A stretch of DNA of 64,000 nt from an uncultured virus (IMG/VR IMGVR_UViG_3300008108_007691) (IMGVR_UViG_3300008108_007691:1-64000); one strand, 5' to 3'. Shown: positions 1-9,685, numbered from the stretch's first letter. Made by a program: numbers and translations. Notes: a model not told the origin generated them from the sequence alone.

Positions 1-45
1 TTTATAATTTAATTTTTTTTATTATTTTCGTTTCTGCTTTAAAAT

Positions 46-453
46 ATGGAAAAGTTTATAATAATAAAACATTTTATAGGAGATAATATGACTCCTTATT
101 TGTGTTCTAGAAATATATTTTTAGATGATAAAATATTTTTCGAAGATGGTTCTGATAACACAATATTAGAGGGAATTGTTGATAATTTTAGTAGTGATAA
201 TCAATTTGTTAAGGTTATTCATAAAAATCAAATTATAGATGTAAAAGTTGAAAACTGTTTTTTTCCTATTATTGAGGTTTACAACGTCAATTTAGAATTA
301 GAGAATAAAATGGAAATTTCGAGAGATAAACTAGAGTTTTCGACTATATGTCCTGCTTGTGAAAAGAATTCTAGAGATCTTGAAAATTGTTTACATACAA
401 ACGAAAGTTGCTTAAAAAATAAAACCAAACCATACGCATTTATAAAACTTTAA
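46..453 (+). CDS. hypothetical protein with C-terminal Cys cluster
   Basis: 135-aa ORF; CPAC...C...C; 2 nt from the next gene. Confidence 0.6.
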   Translation: MEKFIIIKHFIGDNMTPYLCSRNIFLDDKIFFEDGSDNTILEGIVDNFSSDNQFVKVIHKNQIIDVKVENCFFPIIEVYNVNLELENKMEISRDKLEFSTICPACEKNSRDLENCLHTNESCLKNKTKPYAFIKL

Positions 454-455
454 TC

Positions 456-1601
456 ATGAAAAAAACTATTATTACACTTGCTCTAACTTTATTTTGTTTA
501 GCAGGTATTGCTCAAACAAGAAAGCTCACCTTAAAAGATTTTAAAACTTGGTCTGTTCAAGGAAACATTAATTCCAATATTGGGAACGGAGATATTGCAA
601 AAAATACTCCATTTTATTCTAAAACATCCATGAATTTAGGATATGGATTAAGATTAAATAAATTTATTTCAAACAATTTTGTAGTAGCATTTGACTTGTA
701 TAATTCCAAACTATCTGGAGATGATGGAAAGTGGAGTTATGAAAGTAAAATAAACTATCAACCCTCAATTTTACTTATTGCTCAAACTGGCAATGTAAGA
801 TATTTTGATGAATTAAAAAACTTTCAACTTTATGGGTATTTAGGATATGGTGTGCTTAATTACACATCTCAATCACAAAATTCATTGCGACCAGAATTAA
901 ACACATCCTTCAAAGGTAATTATCAAGTAATTCCAGTTGGAGTAGGTATAAAATATCATATCGCTCCTGATTTTACTGCTAATTTAGAATACTCTTACAA
1001 TAGTGTTAATGGAGATAAATTAGATGGTTATGAAAATAGTTTGACTAACTATGATAATTACTCTAGATTTTCAATTGGTATTAGTTATTCAATTGGAAAG
1101 AGTTTTCATAGAGAGCTTGAATGGCATGATCCCAGACCAACTCCTTCAAGAATTCCAAATAGAGTTGATACTGTCGTAATCGTGCAAAAAATTCCAACTA
1201 CAGATTCTACTAAATTAGAATCACAAAATACAATCTCTAATTTAATGAATGATTCCATTAAAATGGATTCAATTACATTCTCTAATGCAAAAGTTACAAT
1301 CTATTATGATTTCAATAAACATAAATTACCCATTCTATATCATTACAAATTACAAAATATATCTTTAGAAGCCATAAATAGAAAAAATACAAGATTAGTA
1401 ATTGAATCTTTTACAGACACAATAGGAAGCCCAGAAAACAATAGAATTATTGTTGAGAGACGTTCCAATCAAATCATGGAATATTTAATAAATATTGGAG
1501 TACCCAAAGAATTAATTGATATCAAGCTTCACGATGAAAATGATGCAATAATGCCTACAGATGCAGAGAATAGAAAATCAATCGTATACTTAATTAAATA
1601 A
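456..1601 (+). CDS. OmpA-family outer membrane protein (beta-barrel plus OmpA-like C-terminal domain)
   Basis: Signal peptide MKKTIITLALTLFCLAGIAQ; amphipathic beta strands (IPVGVGIKY, GDKLDG, FSIGISY); Pro-rich linker; C-terminal IYYDFNK...FTDTIGSPENN...RR...ENRK. Confidence 0.8.
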   Translation: MKKTIITLALTLFCLAGIAQTRKLTLKDFKTWSVQGNINSNIGNGDIAKNTPFYSKTSMNLGYGLRLNKFISNNFVVAFDLYNSKLSGDDGKWSYESKINYQPSILLIAQTGNVRYFDELKNFQLYGYLGYGVLNYTSQSQNSLRPELNTSFKGNYQVIPVGVGIKYHIAPDFTANLEYSYNSVNGDKLDGYENSLTNYDNYSRFSIGISYSIGKSFHRELEWHDPRPTPSRIPNRVDTVVIVQKIPTTDSTKLESQNTISNLMNDSIKMDSITFSNAKVTIYYDFNKHKLPILYHYKLQNISLEAINRKNTRLVIESFTDTIGSPENNRIIVERRSNQIMEYLINIGVPKELIDIKLHDENDAIMPTDAENRKSIVYLIK

Positions 1602-1617
1602 TATTTTAATTAAAATT

Positions 1618-1655
1618 AAAGGTCCCTCTATTTTTTTAGAGGGACTTTTTTTTAT
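1618..1655 (+). terminator. intrinsic terminator
   Basis: gtccctcta/tagagggac stem followed by a T run. Confidence 0.85.
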
Positions 1656-1698
1656 TATTTTTTTTTATTATTTTTACAAATCAAATATTTAATTAAAT

Positions 1699-2349
1699 AT
1701 GAATAACGATGGTATTTTAATAGGTTCTGAATCAGAACAGAGAGATGTAACTGATTTTAACCTCAGAACTAATCACATCAGTGAAGATGGTCTGATAAAG
1801 CACATTTCAGAAAATAATAAAGATTCTGAATTAGTTCTTCAAGGAGAATTTTTGTCTTTGAAAAAAATAAATAATTTTTTTTATACAGAAAGAAAAAACA
1901 TTGACTCTTTTGCATTTGTATTGTTTGCTAGAAACATTGACGATGAAAAAAGAATAGGCTTGGCTTATGATCATCAACCAAGTATAAATAAATCTATCAT
2001 AAAAGCTTTCACTAGTTCAATTAACAATGAATATGTGAATGACATCAGAGAATTGGTTATAAATGAAGTGAAAAAACAATCAGGATTTATTGTTGGTATT
2101 GATGAGATAGAATATCTTGGCAAATGTTTAGTATCCTCTAAAATGAGTGAATTTTGTCACCTTTTCGGAGTAGCTGTTGATAAACTGAGGCAAGTAAAGA
2201 GAGATGTGACCATTGGATATAAAATTAATTCCGGACATTACTGGTCTACTGTTGAAGAAATAAAAGATCTAGAGGACTGGAAAGCACAAATAATTGTTTA
2301 CAAAAGATTTTTAAATAAAAAGAATCAAATTTTAATTAAAAAGAAATAA
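1699..2349 (+). CDS. Nudix-fold-like protein with degenerate Nudix box
   Basis: LVINEVKKQSGF at the RExxEExG position, then EIEYLG...SSKMSEFCHLFGV...DWK, an ADP-ribose pyrophosphatase-like layout. Confidence 0.45.
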   Translation: MNNDGILIGSESEQRDVTDFNLRTNHISEDGLIKHISENNKDSELVLQGEFLSLKKINNFFYTERKNIDSFAFVLFARNIDDEKRIGLAYDHQPSINKSIIKAFTSSINNEYVNDIRELVINEVKKQSGFIVGIDEIEYLGKCLVSSKMSEFCHLFGVAVDKLRQVKRDVTIGYKINSGHYWSTVEEIKDLEDWKAQIIVYKRFLNKKNQILIKKK

Positions 2350-2350
2350 T

Positions 2351-4036
2351 ATGACAGTTAATAATTTTAGTAAACAATCTATTTCCAGATTGGGGATTGA
2401 TGATTCTAAATCTGAACTAATTGAATTTCTTATTCAAAATGAAGGTTTAAATTCTTTCGACGAGACAGAACATTTTTATTATTGGTTCCATAAGGAAGAA
2501 AAAGTTTTAAGAGACAATTTCGGATTCCTTCAATATGATAAAAAACCTTTTATTTTTAATATCAACGAAAAGGAATTTGACCTTAATACCTTTGAAGGTA
2601 TAGCAAAACTTACAATAGAGGTAAAAAGCGAAAAAGAATTATCAAAAATTTTTAACGGTAATTTTAATCTTGGGAGACGTGAATTTTTTCTCAGGTACTC
2701 CAAAAAATACAATAAATTAGAGTATTATACGAACATAAGTTCTATAAGATGTGTCAAAAAAAGAGATTTGTGTTTAGTTCAACATATAAAACATAAGTAT
2801 TTTATGATTAATGAAAAAAACTTTGTTCTTTTCTACATTAATAATAATATGCCAAGATATGTCTCAAATAAGAACGCTGCGTTTCTAAACCCTTATAGTA
2901 GATATAATTATAATTTAGGAGATTATCAAAAATATGTTTATAAAATAAACAGAATGCTTTTATCCATTCACCAAAAATCCAAAGTATATAATGATAAAAA
3001 CTTCTTAAAAAGCGTTTTAGACATAAAGTACATCAGTAATAAATTTATGTTTAACTCAAATACTTTTGATGATGTTATAAACAAAATAACAAAAAATAGA
3101 CCTGTACCGAAAATTTTATTAGATAAATTTCCAAAAAGTGAGGTAGTATACTTATATAATATTATAGATTACGATGAGGTAGACAAAATAATAAAATTCA
3201 TTTATGAAAATCTAGAAATTTACAATGAAAAAGAGGAGAGAAACAAAAGAAATGATATAAGAAGCAAAGACCCTGTATATTTTGAAAACACAATTAGGTC
3301 TATAATTACAGATTATTTGTGTGTAAAGTTTGGCAGTCTAATCCCAGATAAAAACAAAAAAGAATTCATCAACCCATACATTGAAAATAGAAGTTTTTTG
3401 AATCAAATTCAACTTACTCCAACTATGTCCAATTCTCAAATTATTCATGATTATGTAAATATGTGTGAGATGCAGAATTTAAAATTGAATCTCAAAATAA
3501 AATCAGTGAATAGATTGACCCAAGAACATGACAGGATTGCTTTTAATATCACAGCAAAAAACATCCCAGAAATAAAAGTTTTCAAGAAATACCCCGATAT
3601 TAAATCAGAAGGAAATTTCGAAATTGAAAAAATATCTGATAAAAAAAGATTAATAATAGAATCTGAAATACAAAAACATTGTGTCAAGACTTACTCTAAT
3701 TCAATAAATTCAGGAAGATGCTGTATATACAGTTTTTTAGATCATAGAGACAATAAAAGGTATACTCTTGAAATACAAAAAAGATATGATGAAACTGATA
3801 AGCTAGTATTCATTTTAAACCAAATCAAAGGTAAATTTAATGCTAATCCAGAATCACATATTTTATTCGAGATTTATGGAATTTTATTAAGAAATAACAT
3901 TTTTCCGAATTTCGAGATGGCAAAAAAACAACACAAAGTTTTAAAAGAAAGTAAAAAGAAAAACAGTCCAAAAAATAATAATGAATCCTTTGATTTCCTC
4001 AACGATTTGAACAACAACGAAATTCTACCATTTTAA
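2351..4036 (+). CDS. PcfJ-like domain protein
   Basis: DYVNM...HD...LIIESEIQKHCVKTY...RYTLEI...QIKGKFN. Confidence 0.75.
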   Translation: MTVNNFSKQSISRLGIDDSKSELIEFLIQNEGLNSFDETEHFYYWFHKEEKVLRDNFGFLQYDKKPFIFNINEKEFDLNTFEGIAKLTIEVKSEKELSKIFNGNFNLGRREFFLRYSKKYNKLEYYTNISSIRCVKKRDLCLVQHIKHKYFMINEKNFVLFYINNNMPRYVSNKNAAFLNPYSRYNYNLGDYQKYVYKINRMLLSIHQKSKVYNDKNFLKSVLDIKYISNKFMFNSNTFDDVINKITKNRPVPKILLDKFPKSEVVYLYNIIDYDEVDKIIKFIYENLEIYNEKEERNKRNDIRSKDPVYFENTIRSIITDYLCVKFGSLIPDKNKKEFINPYIENRSFLNQIQLTPTMSNSQIIHDYVNMCEMQNLKLNLKIKSVNRLTQEHDRIAFNITAKNIPEIKVFKKYPDIKSEGNFEIEKISDKKRLIIESEIQKHCVKTYSNSINSGRCCIYSFLDHRDNKRYTLEIQKRYDETDKLVFILNQIKGKFNANPESHILFEIYGILLRNNIFPNFEMAKKQHKVLKESKKKNSPKNNNESFDFLNDLNNNEILPF

Positions 4037-4037
4037 A

Positions 4038-4292
4038 ATGAACAACAAACCATTTATCAAATTAGGCAATAAATCATTCAATATTCATATGATTAGTTCT
4101 ATGACTCTTGAAGATGATGACTACACCGTAATACTGGATATCAATTTCGAATTAATTAAATTTAAATTTAAAACTGAAGATCAATACAACAGATTTAAGT
4201 CTTACATTAGACTTTTCTCAACTGAATTTGAATCAGAAGTAGAAATAATCAATGATTCTGATCAGCAAAAAAAATCATTACTCAAAGATTAA
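4038..4292 (+). CDS. hypothetical protein
   Basis: 84-aa ORF tightly packed in the operon. Confidence 0.6.
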   Translation: MNNKPFIKLGNKSFNIHMISSMTLEDDDYTVILDINFELIKFKFKTEDQYNRFKSYIRLFSTEFESEVEIINDSDQQKKSLLKD

Positions 4293-4295
4293 AAA

Positions 4296-4499
4296 GTGCC
4301 ACAATATACTAGGAAACACAGTAATTATTATGATAGAAAACCAATACTTCAATTTAAAATGAATGGAGAGTTTATTAAAGAATGGAAAAACTCACACGTC
4401 ATTCAAAGAGAGTTAGGTTTTGATAGAAATGCAATATTAAGATGTTGTAAAGGAAAGCAAAAAAAATCTTATTGGTTTATATGGAAATTCAAAGATTAA
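4296..4499 (+). CDS. stand-alone NUMOD1-like helix-turn-helix DNA-binding protein
   Basis: KPILQFKMNGEFIKEW...ELG...ILRCCKGK...FIWKF, typical of homing-endonuclease C-terminal domains; GTG start. Confidence 0.7.
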   Translation: MPQYTRKHSNYYDRKPILQFKMNGEFIKEWKNSHVIQRELGFDRNAILRCCKGKQKKSYWFIWKFKD

Positions 4500-4500
4500 A

Positions 4501-4959
4501 ATGTCAATTAAGTTATTCACATATGATTTAAGGATTTATAAAAAAGCTAATCAGGAAATACAAAAGCAAATTAAAAAATATAACATTAGAATTCATAAGA
4601 AAAAATTTAGAACTAATGTTGGAAGAGCTTGGGTACATCTGAATTTGGTAAAAATTCCATTTATTTACGACATCGAATCTATATATATAATTTTTCATGA
4701 AATAGGTCACATAAGACATAATCATGATGATAAAAAATGGAATTACCTACAAGAACTTCAAGCTGAATCTTATGCTTTATCTCAGTTAAGAAAAATAGGT
4801 ATTAAACAACAATATCCATTAGAATATAAAGAGGTTCATGAAAGAGCAAAATATTATGTAATGACAAATATTCTTTATGATATTGAAATAGGATTGAAAG
4901 TCAAAGATATTAGCACTCAAGCTCTGAGGTTTTGTAATTTGAAAAAGACAAGAAAATGA
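4501..4959 (+). CDS. putative HExxH metallopeptidase-like protein (ImmA/IrrE-like)
   Basis: FHEIGH followed by ELQAESYA. Confidence 0.55.
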   Translation: MSIKLFTYDLRIYKKANQEIQKQIKKYNIRIHKKKFRTNVGRAWVHLNLVKIPFIYDIESIYIIFHEIGHIRHNHDDKKWNYLQELQAESYALSQLRKIGIKQQYPLEYKEVHERAKYYVMTNILYDIEIGLKVKDISTQALRFCNLKKTRK

Positions 4960-5486
4960 AATTTACCAAAAAAAATAGATTTACAAACTTCAGAAAGAAT
5001 AAATTTTTTTTCTCCAATCACATAAATGAATTACTCAAAGACATAAGAAAAAAAGTAATTTATAGATCTTATTTGACAGCATCACCTTTAATAACTAATG
5101 ATAATAAAAATGATGTCCCAGAATTTTTTGATTGGAACATAAAAAAATTAGGAAAAAAAACAATCATTTTAGAAGGCAAAAAAATTATCAATGATTTTGA
5201 ATTTAAAAACAATCTACTCTATCTCTTAAGAAAGAGTGGGGTTGTTCTTTTATCTCTCAATAATTTAACCAACCAGAAGTATTCAGATGGCAAAAAAGAG
5301 ATAATTGAGTTATGGGGTTATAAAGCTAATTTATTTCTTAACTTGGTAGTAATTCAAAAAATATCTAGTGAAGAATTATTGGAAATTTGTACAGGAAATA
5401 TCAATGGTGAAAGAACTATTGAGCCGGAACCCCATGTAATTTATTGTGGTCCAGATGGCAAAATATTTGGATGGGATTTAGTCTAA
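4956..5486 (+). CDS. hypothetical protein
   Basis: 176-aa ORF with ATGA overlap to the upstream gene. Confidence 0.6.
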   Translation: MKFTKKNRFTNFRKNKFFFSNHINELLKDIRKKVIYRSYLTASPLITNDNKNDVPEFFDWNIKKLGKKTIILEGKKIINDFEFKNNLLYLLRKSGVVLLSLNNLTNQKYSDGKKEIIELWGYKANLFLNLVVIQKISSEELLEICTGNINGERTIEPEPHVIYCGPDGKIFGWDLV

Positions 5487-5500
5487 TTTTTAATTTAAAA

Positions 5501-5530
5501 TGTAACTTTTTCATAGAAAATTCGTTTAAA
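5501..5530 (+). promoter_or_regulatory. ECF-type promoter TGTAAC-N16-CGTTT
   Basis: tgtaacttttt...ttcgtttaaa; the same motif occurs at three other intergenic sites. Confidence 0.7.
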
Positions 5531-5544
5531 TTTAAAAAAAAGAT

Positions 5545-5958
5545 ATGAAAATTATTGAAGGGGTTTATATTTCTGAAATTTATTCTACACTTTTACAGAA
5601 AAATACTTTACAATTGAATAAATTTCTATCCCAACTTGACAAAGAAGACTGGGAATGTCTTTTTGAAGACAATGATGAAAATATTCTCCAAGATGTTCTG
5701 GAACAGTACCAAAATGGTACTCAGGTTGAATATTTTATCAAAAACTATCCAAACGTATTTATCTGTAAGGTTTATAAAGCAAGGTTTCATGATTTTAATC
5801 ACAATGAAATCGATTATGACTATAAAACCGATTATGATGATCTTTTTTTATTTTACAAATTTTCTACTAATATTGAATCATTGATTGGGCAGATAAACGA
5901 AGAGGTTGCAGAAATTATGCATGAAGAAATATTGAAAGAAAATAAATATAATCGATGA
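5545..5958 (+). CDS. hypothetical acidic protein
   Basis: 137-aa ORF directly downstream of the promoter motif. Confidence 0.6.
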   Translation: MKIIEGVYISEIYSTLLQKNTLQLNKFLSQLDKEDWECLFEDNDENILQDVLEQYQNGTQVEYFIKNYPNVFICKVYKARFHDFNHNEIDYDYKTDYDDLFLFYKFSTNIESLIGQINEEVAEIMHEEILKENKYNR

Positions 5959-6494
5959 GTCAAAATCCCAATTTTCAAAGAAAAAGATTTACAAAAGAGC
6001 CTCTTTTTAAAATAAACCGGGCTATTACCTCACAAACAGTAAGAATAATAGGTGATGACATTGAAAGTAAAATAGTGTCATTACAAGAAGCTTTAAACAT
6101 ATCAGAACAACTTGGTCTTGATCTAGTTGAAATCAACAGCACTTCTAATCCAGTAATTTGTAAAGTATGTGACTATTCTAAATTTCTTTATGAAAAAAAG
6201 AAAAAAGATAAAGAAAAGAAAAACTCTAACAAACATACTTTAAAAGAAGTAAAGCTTGGTGCCCACATTCAACAACATGATGTTGATTTTAAATTAAAAA
6301 ATACAAGAAAATTTCTAGAACACGGTGATAAAGTTAAAGCTTATATACAATTTAAAGGAAGGGAAATAGTTTATAAAGAACAAGGAGAACTTATTCTACT
6401 TAAATTCATAGAATCGTTAAGCGATATAGGTAAACCAGAAAGCTTACCTAAATTAGAAGGTAAAAATATGTTTGTAATTATAACCCCCAAATAA
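5955..6494 (+). CDS. infC: translation initiation factor IF-3
   Basis: IN..I....VRII...ALN..EQLGLDLVEI...PVICKVCDYSKFLYE; KEVKL...HDVDFK...FLEHGDKVK...FKGRE. Confidence 0.95.
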   Translation: MSQNPNFQRKRFTKEPLFKINRAITSQTVRIIGDDIESKIVSLQEALNISEQLGLDLVEINSTSNPVICKVCDYSKFLYEKKKKDKEKKNSNKHTLKEVKLGAHIQQHDVDFKLKNTRKFLEHGDKVKAYIQFKGREIVYKEQGELILLKFIESLSDIGKPESLPKLEGKNMFVIITPK

Positions 6495-6512
6495 TTGGGG
6501 GTTTTGTTTTTC
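6482..6512 (+). terminator. intrinsic terminator overlapping the infC stop codon
   Basis: aacccccaa-ataa-ttgggggtt followed by a T-rich tail. Confidence 0.85.
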
Positions 6513-6552
6513 AAAACATTTTTACTTATCTTTATTTTTCAAAAATTTATTT

Positions 6553-6834
6553 ATGCCATTTTTAAATGAACTTTTATCCGATAGCATCAATTTACAAGCT
6601 ATTTATGATAAATATCCAGACGAAGAATTTCTTTCTGCAGATGGTTTTGAGAGAGCGATACTAGGTGTTGATGATGATAAAATGATTATAATATATTCTA
6701 CAAAAAAGGTTTTATCCATTTTAATGGAAGATGATGAAATGGAATATGAAGATGCTTTGGAACATTTTTACTATAATATAAAAGGTGCTTATATGGGAGA
6801 AAAAACTCCTATATTTGTCGACGATATTTTCTAA
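6553..6834 (+). CDS. phage-type hypothetical protein
   Basis: ADGFERAILG...EDALEHFYYNIKGAYMGEKTPIF resembles a common small phage protein. Confidence 0.65.
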   Translation: MPFLNELLSDSINLQAIYDKYPDEEFLSADGFERAILGVDDDKMIIIYSTKKVLSILMEDDEMEYEDALEHFYYNIKGAYMGEKTPIFVDDIF

Positions 6835-6839
6835 GACAC

Positions 6840-7187
6840 ATGTATAACTGGGATTTTAGTTTTAAAAAAGAAAACTGTTTGTATAGCACTCAGACAGATT
6901 GGAACAAAACATTAATCTATAAATTAAATGAGTTCGTAGAAAGGTTTAATATCAAAGAAAGTCCAATACTGATTGAGTCTCCAAAAAAATATTTTGATAT
7001 TTTCAACAGTATAGTTTATTTTGATAAGAACACTGGAATGATTGGAACCAAATACAAAATAGTTTTTCATCCTGACAATTCTGATAATTGCCTGAGATTT
7101 GAAGGTGGGAAAAAGAAATTCTTAATTAAGAATTTCAAAAAAGAACTTTATAATAACTTAAATAAAAATGATATTAACAGGTATTAA
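6840..7187 (+). CDS. hypothetical protein
   Basis: 115-aa ORF in the operon. Confidence 0.55.
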   Translation: MYNWDFSFKKENCLYSTQTDWNKTLIYKLNEFVERFNIKESPILIESPKKYFDIFNSIVYFDKNTGMIGTKYKIVFHPDNSDNCLRFEGGKKKFLIKNFKKELYNNLNKNDINRY

Positions 7188-7875
7188 TATAAGAAGTGGT
7201 CTTGAATTGGAGGTTCCGGTTGCTGACATATTTAATGTTAATGTAGCACCAGATGGAAACATACTTGCTAAACAATTTTATAATTCAAAAGACAGAAAAG
7301 ACAAAAAGCTTCTCAAAGAAATTACAGCACTATTAGACAATGATCAATTTGTTTGCTACAACGATCTTAAAATAAATCATAAATTAAGTGATACATTGAA
7401 TTGCTATGTTTATGATTCATATTTTATTTATGAGGATGATAAACAAAATAATAAAATCGAAATAACTAAGACTGTTGAACTTTTATTTGTAAACACTGAG
7501 CTATTAAATTTTGAACAATTTTGTTCCAATGTAATGCTTGCTCAATCTTATTCTGGAAATTTTGTGCGTCCGGAATTCAACTACCCATTCATTGGAGTAG
7601 GGAATTTTGATTTAGACGATTATATTCAATTACATCCATTGTGTGCTTACTCTAATTTAAATTTAGTAAGTTTCTTTATTTATCATAAAAAAATATTATC
7701 TTCTATAGGATATTTCATTTGTGGACTATTTGAAAACGATATTAAAGAGCAGAAAAAATATATATCAGACAAAGAATATAAGGAACTTTTATCATTAGTG
7801 AGAAAACATAAGAGAAACCTCTTAAATGCTTTCAAAGACCTAGATAACGAAAATTCAGGATTAGATTTTATTTAA
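7168..7875 (+). CDS. hypothetical protein
   Basis: 235-aa ORF. Confidence 0.6.
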   Translation: MILTGINIRSGLELEVPVADIFNVNVAPDGNILAKQFYNSKDRKDKKLLKEITALLDNDQFVCYNDLKINHKLSDTLNCYVYDSYFIYEDDKQNNKIEITKTVELLFVNTELLNFEQFCSNVMLAQSYSGNFVRPEFNYPFIGVGNFDLDDYIQLHPLCAYSNLNLVSFFIYHKKILSSIGYFICGLFENDIKEQKKYISDKEYKELLSLVRKHKRNLLNAFKDLDNENSGLDFI

Positions 7876-8783
7876 AGCTTTTTATATTTATTTAATATAT
7901 GGTAGATGGCTGGCAAAAGATTGACCATATAGGTATATCCATCACTGTTAAACCTATCATATAATTTATCTGAAATAGAATTAATTTCATCCTTGATTAT
8001 TTCATCATTTTTATCAGATGTTTTTACTTTATCAAGATAACCTAATATGAACTGAAAAAATTCTTCAGTAAATTTGACTTCTTTTTTTGAATTTGATGTG
8101 TCTTCTTTATTTTCCATGAATTCTATAGATCCATTTACAATTTTATAGAAAAGTTCTCCCATAGGACCTTTTCTATTTTTCTTACCCCAAAAAATTCTAC
8201 GAGTTTCTGTTTTTTTATCATACTCTAAAACCATATGAGCATCGACCATTTGCATGTTAGTGTTTTTCCCAGCAAACTCATTATCCTTTGTATTATGTCC
8301 AATCAAAAATAAGGTCGATCCATTTGCTTTACACCATTGCTCAAGTTTTTGACGAACTATAACCGAGGCTTTTTCTTCGCTCATTTCAGGAAAATCAGCA
8401 CTTGCTATAGCTTGTAGAGAATCCACGATGACAACTTCTGGCTTAATAACGTCAAGTTCTTTGAAATAATCGTTTATGTGGGGGCAATCTTCATCATCAA
8501 CAAAATAAGCATTATTATTTTTAAAATTATAATCCTTTACTTGTTGCTTCAAAGAGCTTATGCTCATTTCCCTTGAATAGAATGAACTCTTATTATTCTT
8601 AAGCCAATTCATCAAATTGATCATAAGGGTGGTCTTGCCAGCACCAGAAGTACCAGTAACAAAAATGATAGAACCGGGAACAATACCTCCGTCTTTTGAA
8701 AACCACTTATCGAACATTTGATTGCCGGTCATAATTGTTTTTTCATTTACAACCTTGATATCACCGAATAACTTGCTTTTCAT
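7872..8783 (-). CDS. RadA/Sms-like RecA-fold ATPase (core domain only)
   Basis: GGIVPGS, Walker A GTSGAGKT, Walker B VIVDSLQ, GHNTKD..FAG, KNRKG (compare RadA KNRFG). Confidence 0.8.
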   Translation of the reverse strand: MKSKLFGDIKVVNEKTIMTGNQMFDKWFSKDGGIVPGSIIFVTGTSGAGKTTLMINLMNWLKNNKSSFYSREMSISSLKQQVKDYNFKNNNAYFVDDEDCPHINDYFKELDVIKPEVVIVDSLQAIASADFPEMSEEKASVIVRQKLEQWCKANGSTLFLIGHNTKDNEFAGKNTNMQMVDAHMVLEYDKKTETRRIFWGKKNRKGPMGELFYKIVNGSIEFMENKEDTSNSKKEVKFTEEFFQFILGYLDKVKTSDKNDEIIKDEINSISDKLYDRFNSDGYTYMVNLLPAIYHILNKYKKL

Positions 8784-8799
8784 AGCTCTAATTTTCTAA

Positions 8800-8829
8800 T
8801 TTAAACGAAAAAAGGGCAAAAAAGTTACA
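8800..8829 (-). promoter_or_regulatory. ECF-type promoter TGTAAC-N16-CGTTT
   Basis: Minus strand reads tgtaacttttttgcccttttttcgtttaaa, upstream of the RadA-like gene. Confidence 0.7.
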
Positions 8830-8871
8830 TATTTTAACCTTATTTCTTAATATTTATAGTAAAAGAACACT

Positions 8872-9684
8872 ATGAATATTACAAATAACTTTTTTATTGT
8901 AATTTTTGCCTTAATCCCTATTATTTTATACGTTTTCCTCGTATATTATATGATACCAAAGTCCTTCGTAAGTTTGGACAGGGGCAGAAGATACTTGATT
9001 TCTGGACTAATGTCCCCTTTTTTGATTTTTTTGGTTTATTTCATTTTTCCAAATTGGGGGAAACAATTAAATGTAAACTTCCTTTTTGATTACGTATTTT
9101 TTACGGTCATACAAATAGGATTATTGGAAGAATTCAGTAAGTATTCAATATTTCAATGGGTTTCAAGTGAAAGGATTAGTAGGAAACATGATTTACCAAT
9201 TGCAACGCTTTATTATAGTCTTATGACTTCACTGGGATTTGCTTTGACGGAGAATATAAGTTATTTAATTGCTTTATATCAAAATAATTCGTTTGATCCT
9301 TTTATATCAAACACGCAATTAAATTTATCTATGCTAAAATTATCTTTAAGTAGATCATTGACTGCAGTGATAATGCATATGATATGTGGTGTGATTATTG
9401 GTTATTTCATTTCTAAATCAATAGAAATGAGCAACAAGGTTAAAACATCAACAAAACTATTCGAACATGATTTTAATTTTTCTAATAAAATATACATTTT
9501 TATTGGAATAATGTTCGCTTCCATATATCATGGAGTATATGATTTAAATTTAATGTTACCAGACAATAACTACAAGACTCTTTTTACAGTTTTCATTATA
9601 TCATTTGGCTTGATCATAGGACACTTTATGATCAACAACCTAATAAAGGAAAGTAGAGTAAAAAGATTCTGTAAAATGAATTAA
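8872..9684 (+). CDS. PrsW-family intramembrane protease
   Basis: Multiple TM segments; EEFSK, GFALTEN, MHM and HGVYD motifs. Confidence 0.85.
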   Translation: MNITNNFFIVIFALIPIILYVFLVYYMIPKSFVSLDRGRRYLISGLMSPFLIFLVYFIFPNWGKQLNVNFLFDYVFFTVIQIGLLEEFSKYSIFQWVSSERISRKHDLPIATLYYSLMTSLGFALTENISYLIALYQNNSFDPFISNTQLNLSMLKLSLSRSLTAVIMHMICGVIIGYFISKSIEMSNKVKTSTKLFEHDFNFSNKIYIFIGIMFASIYHGVYDLNLMLPDNNYKTLFTVFIISFGLIIGHFMINNLIKESRVKRFCKMN

Positions 9685-9685
9685 A

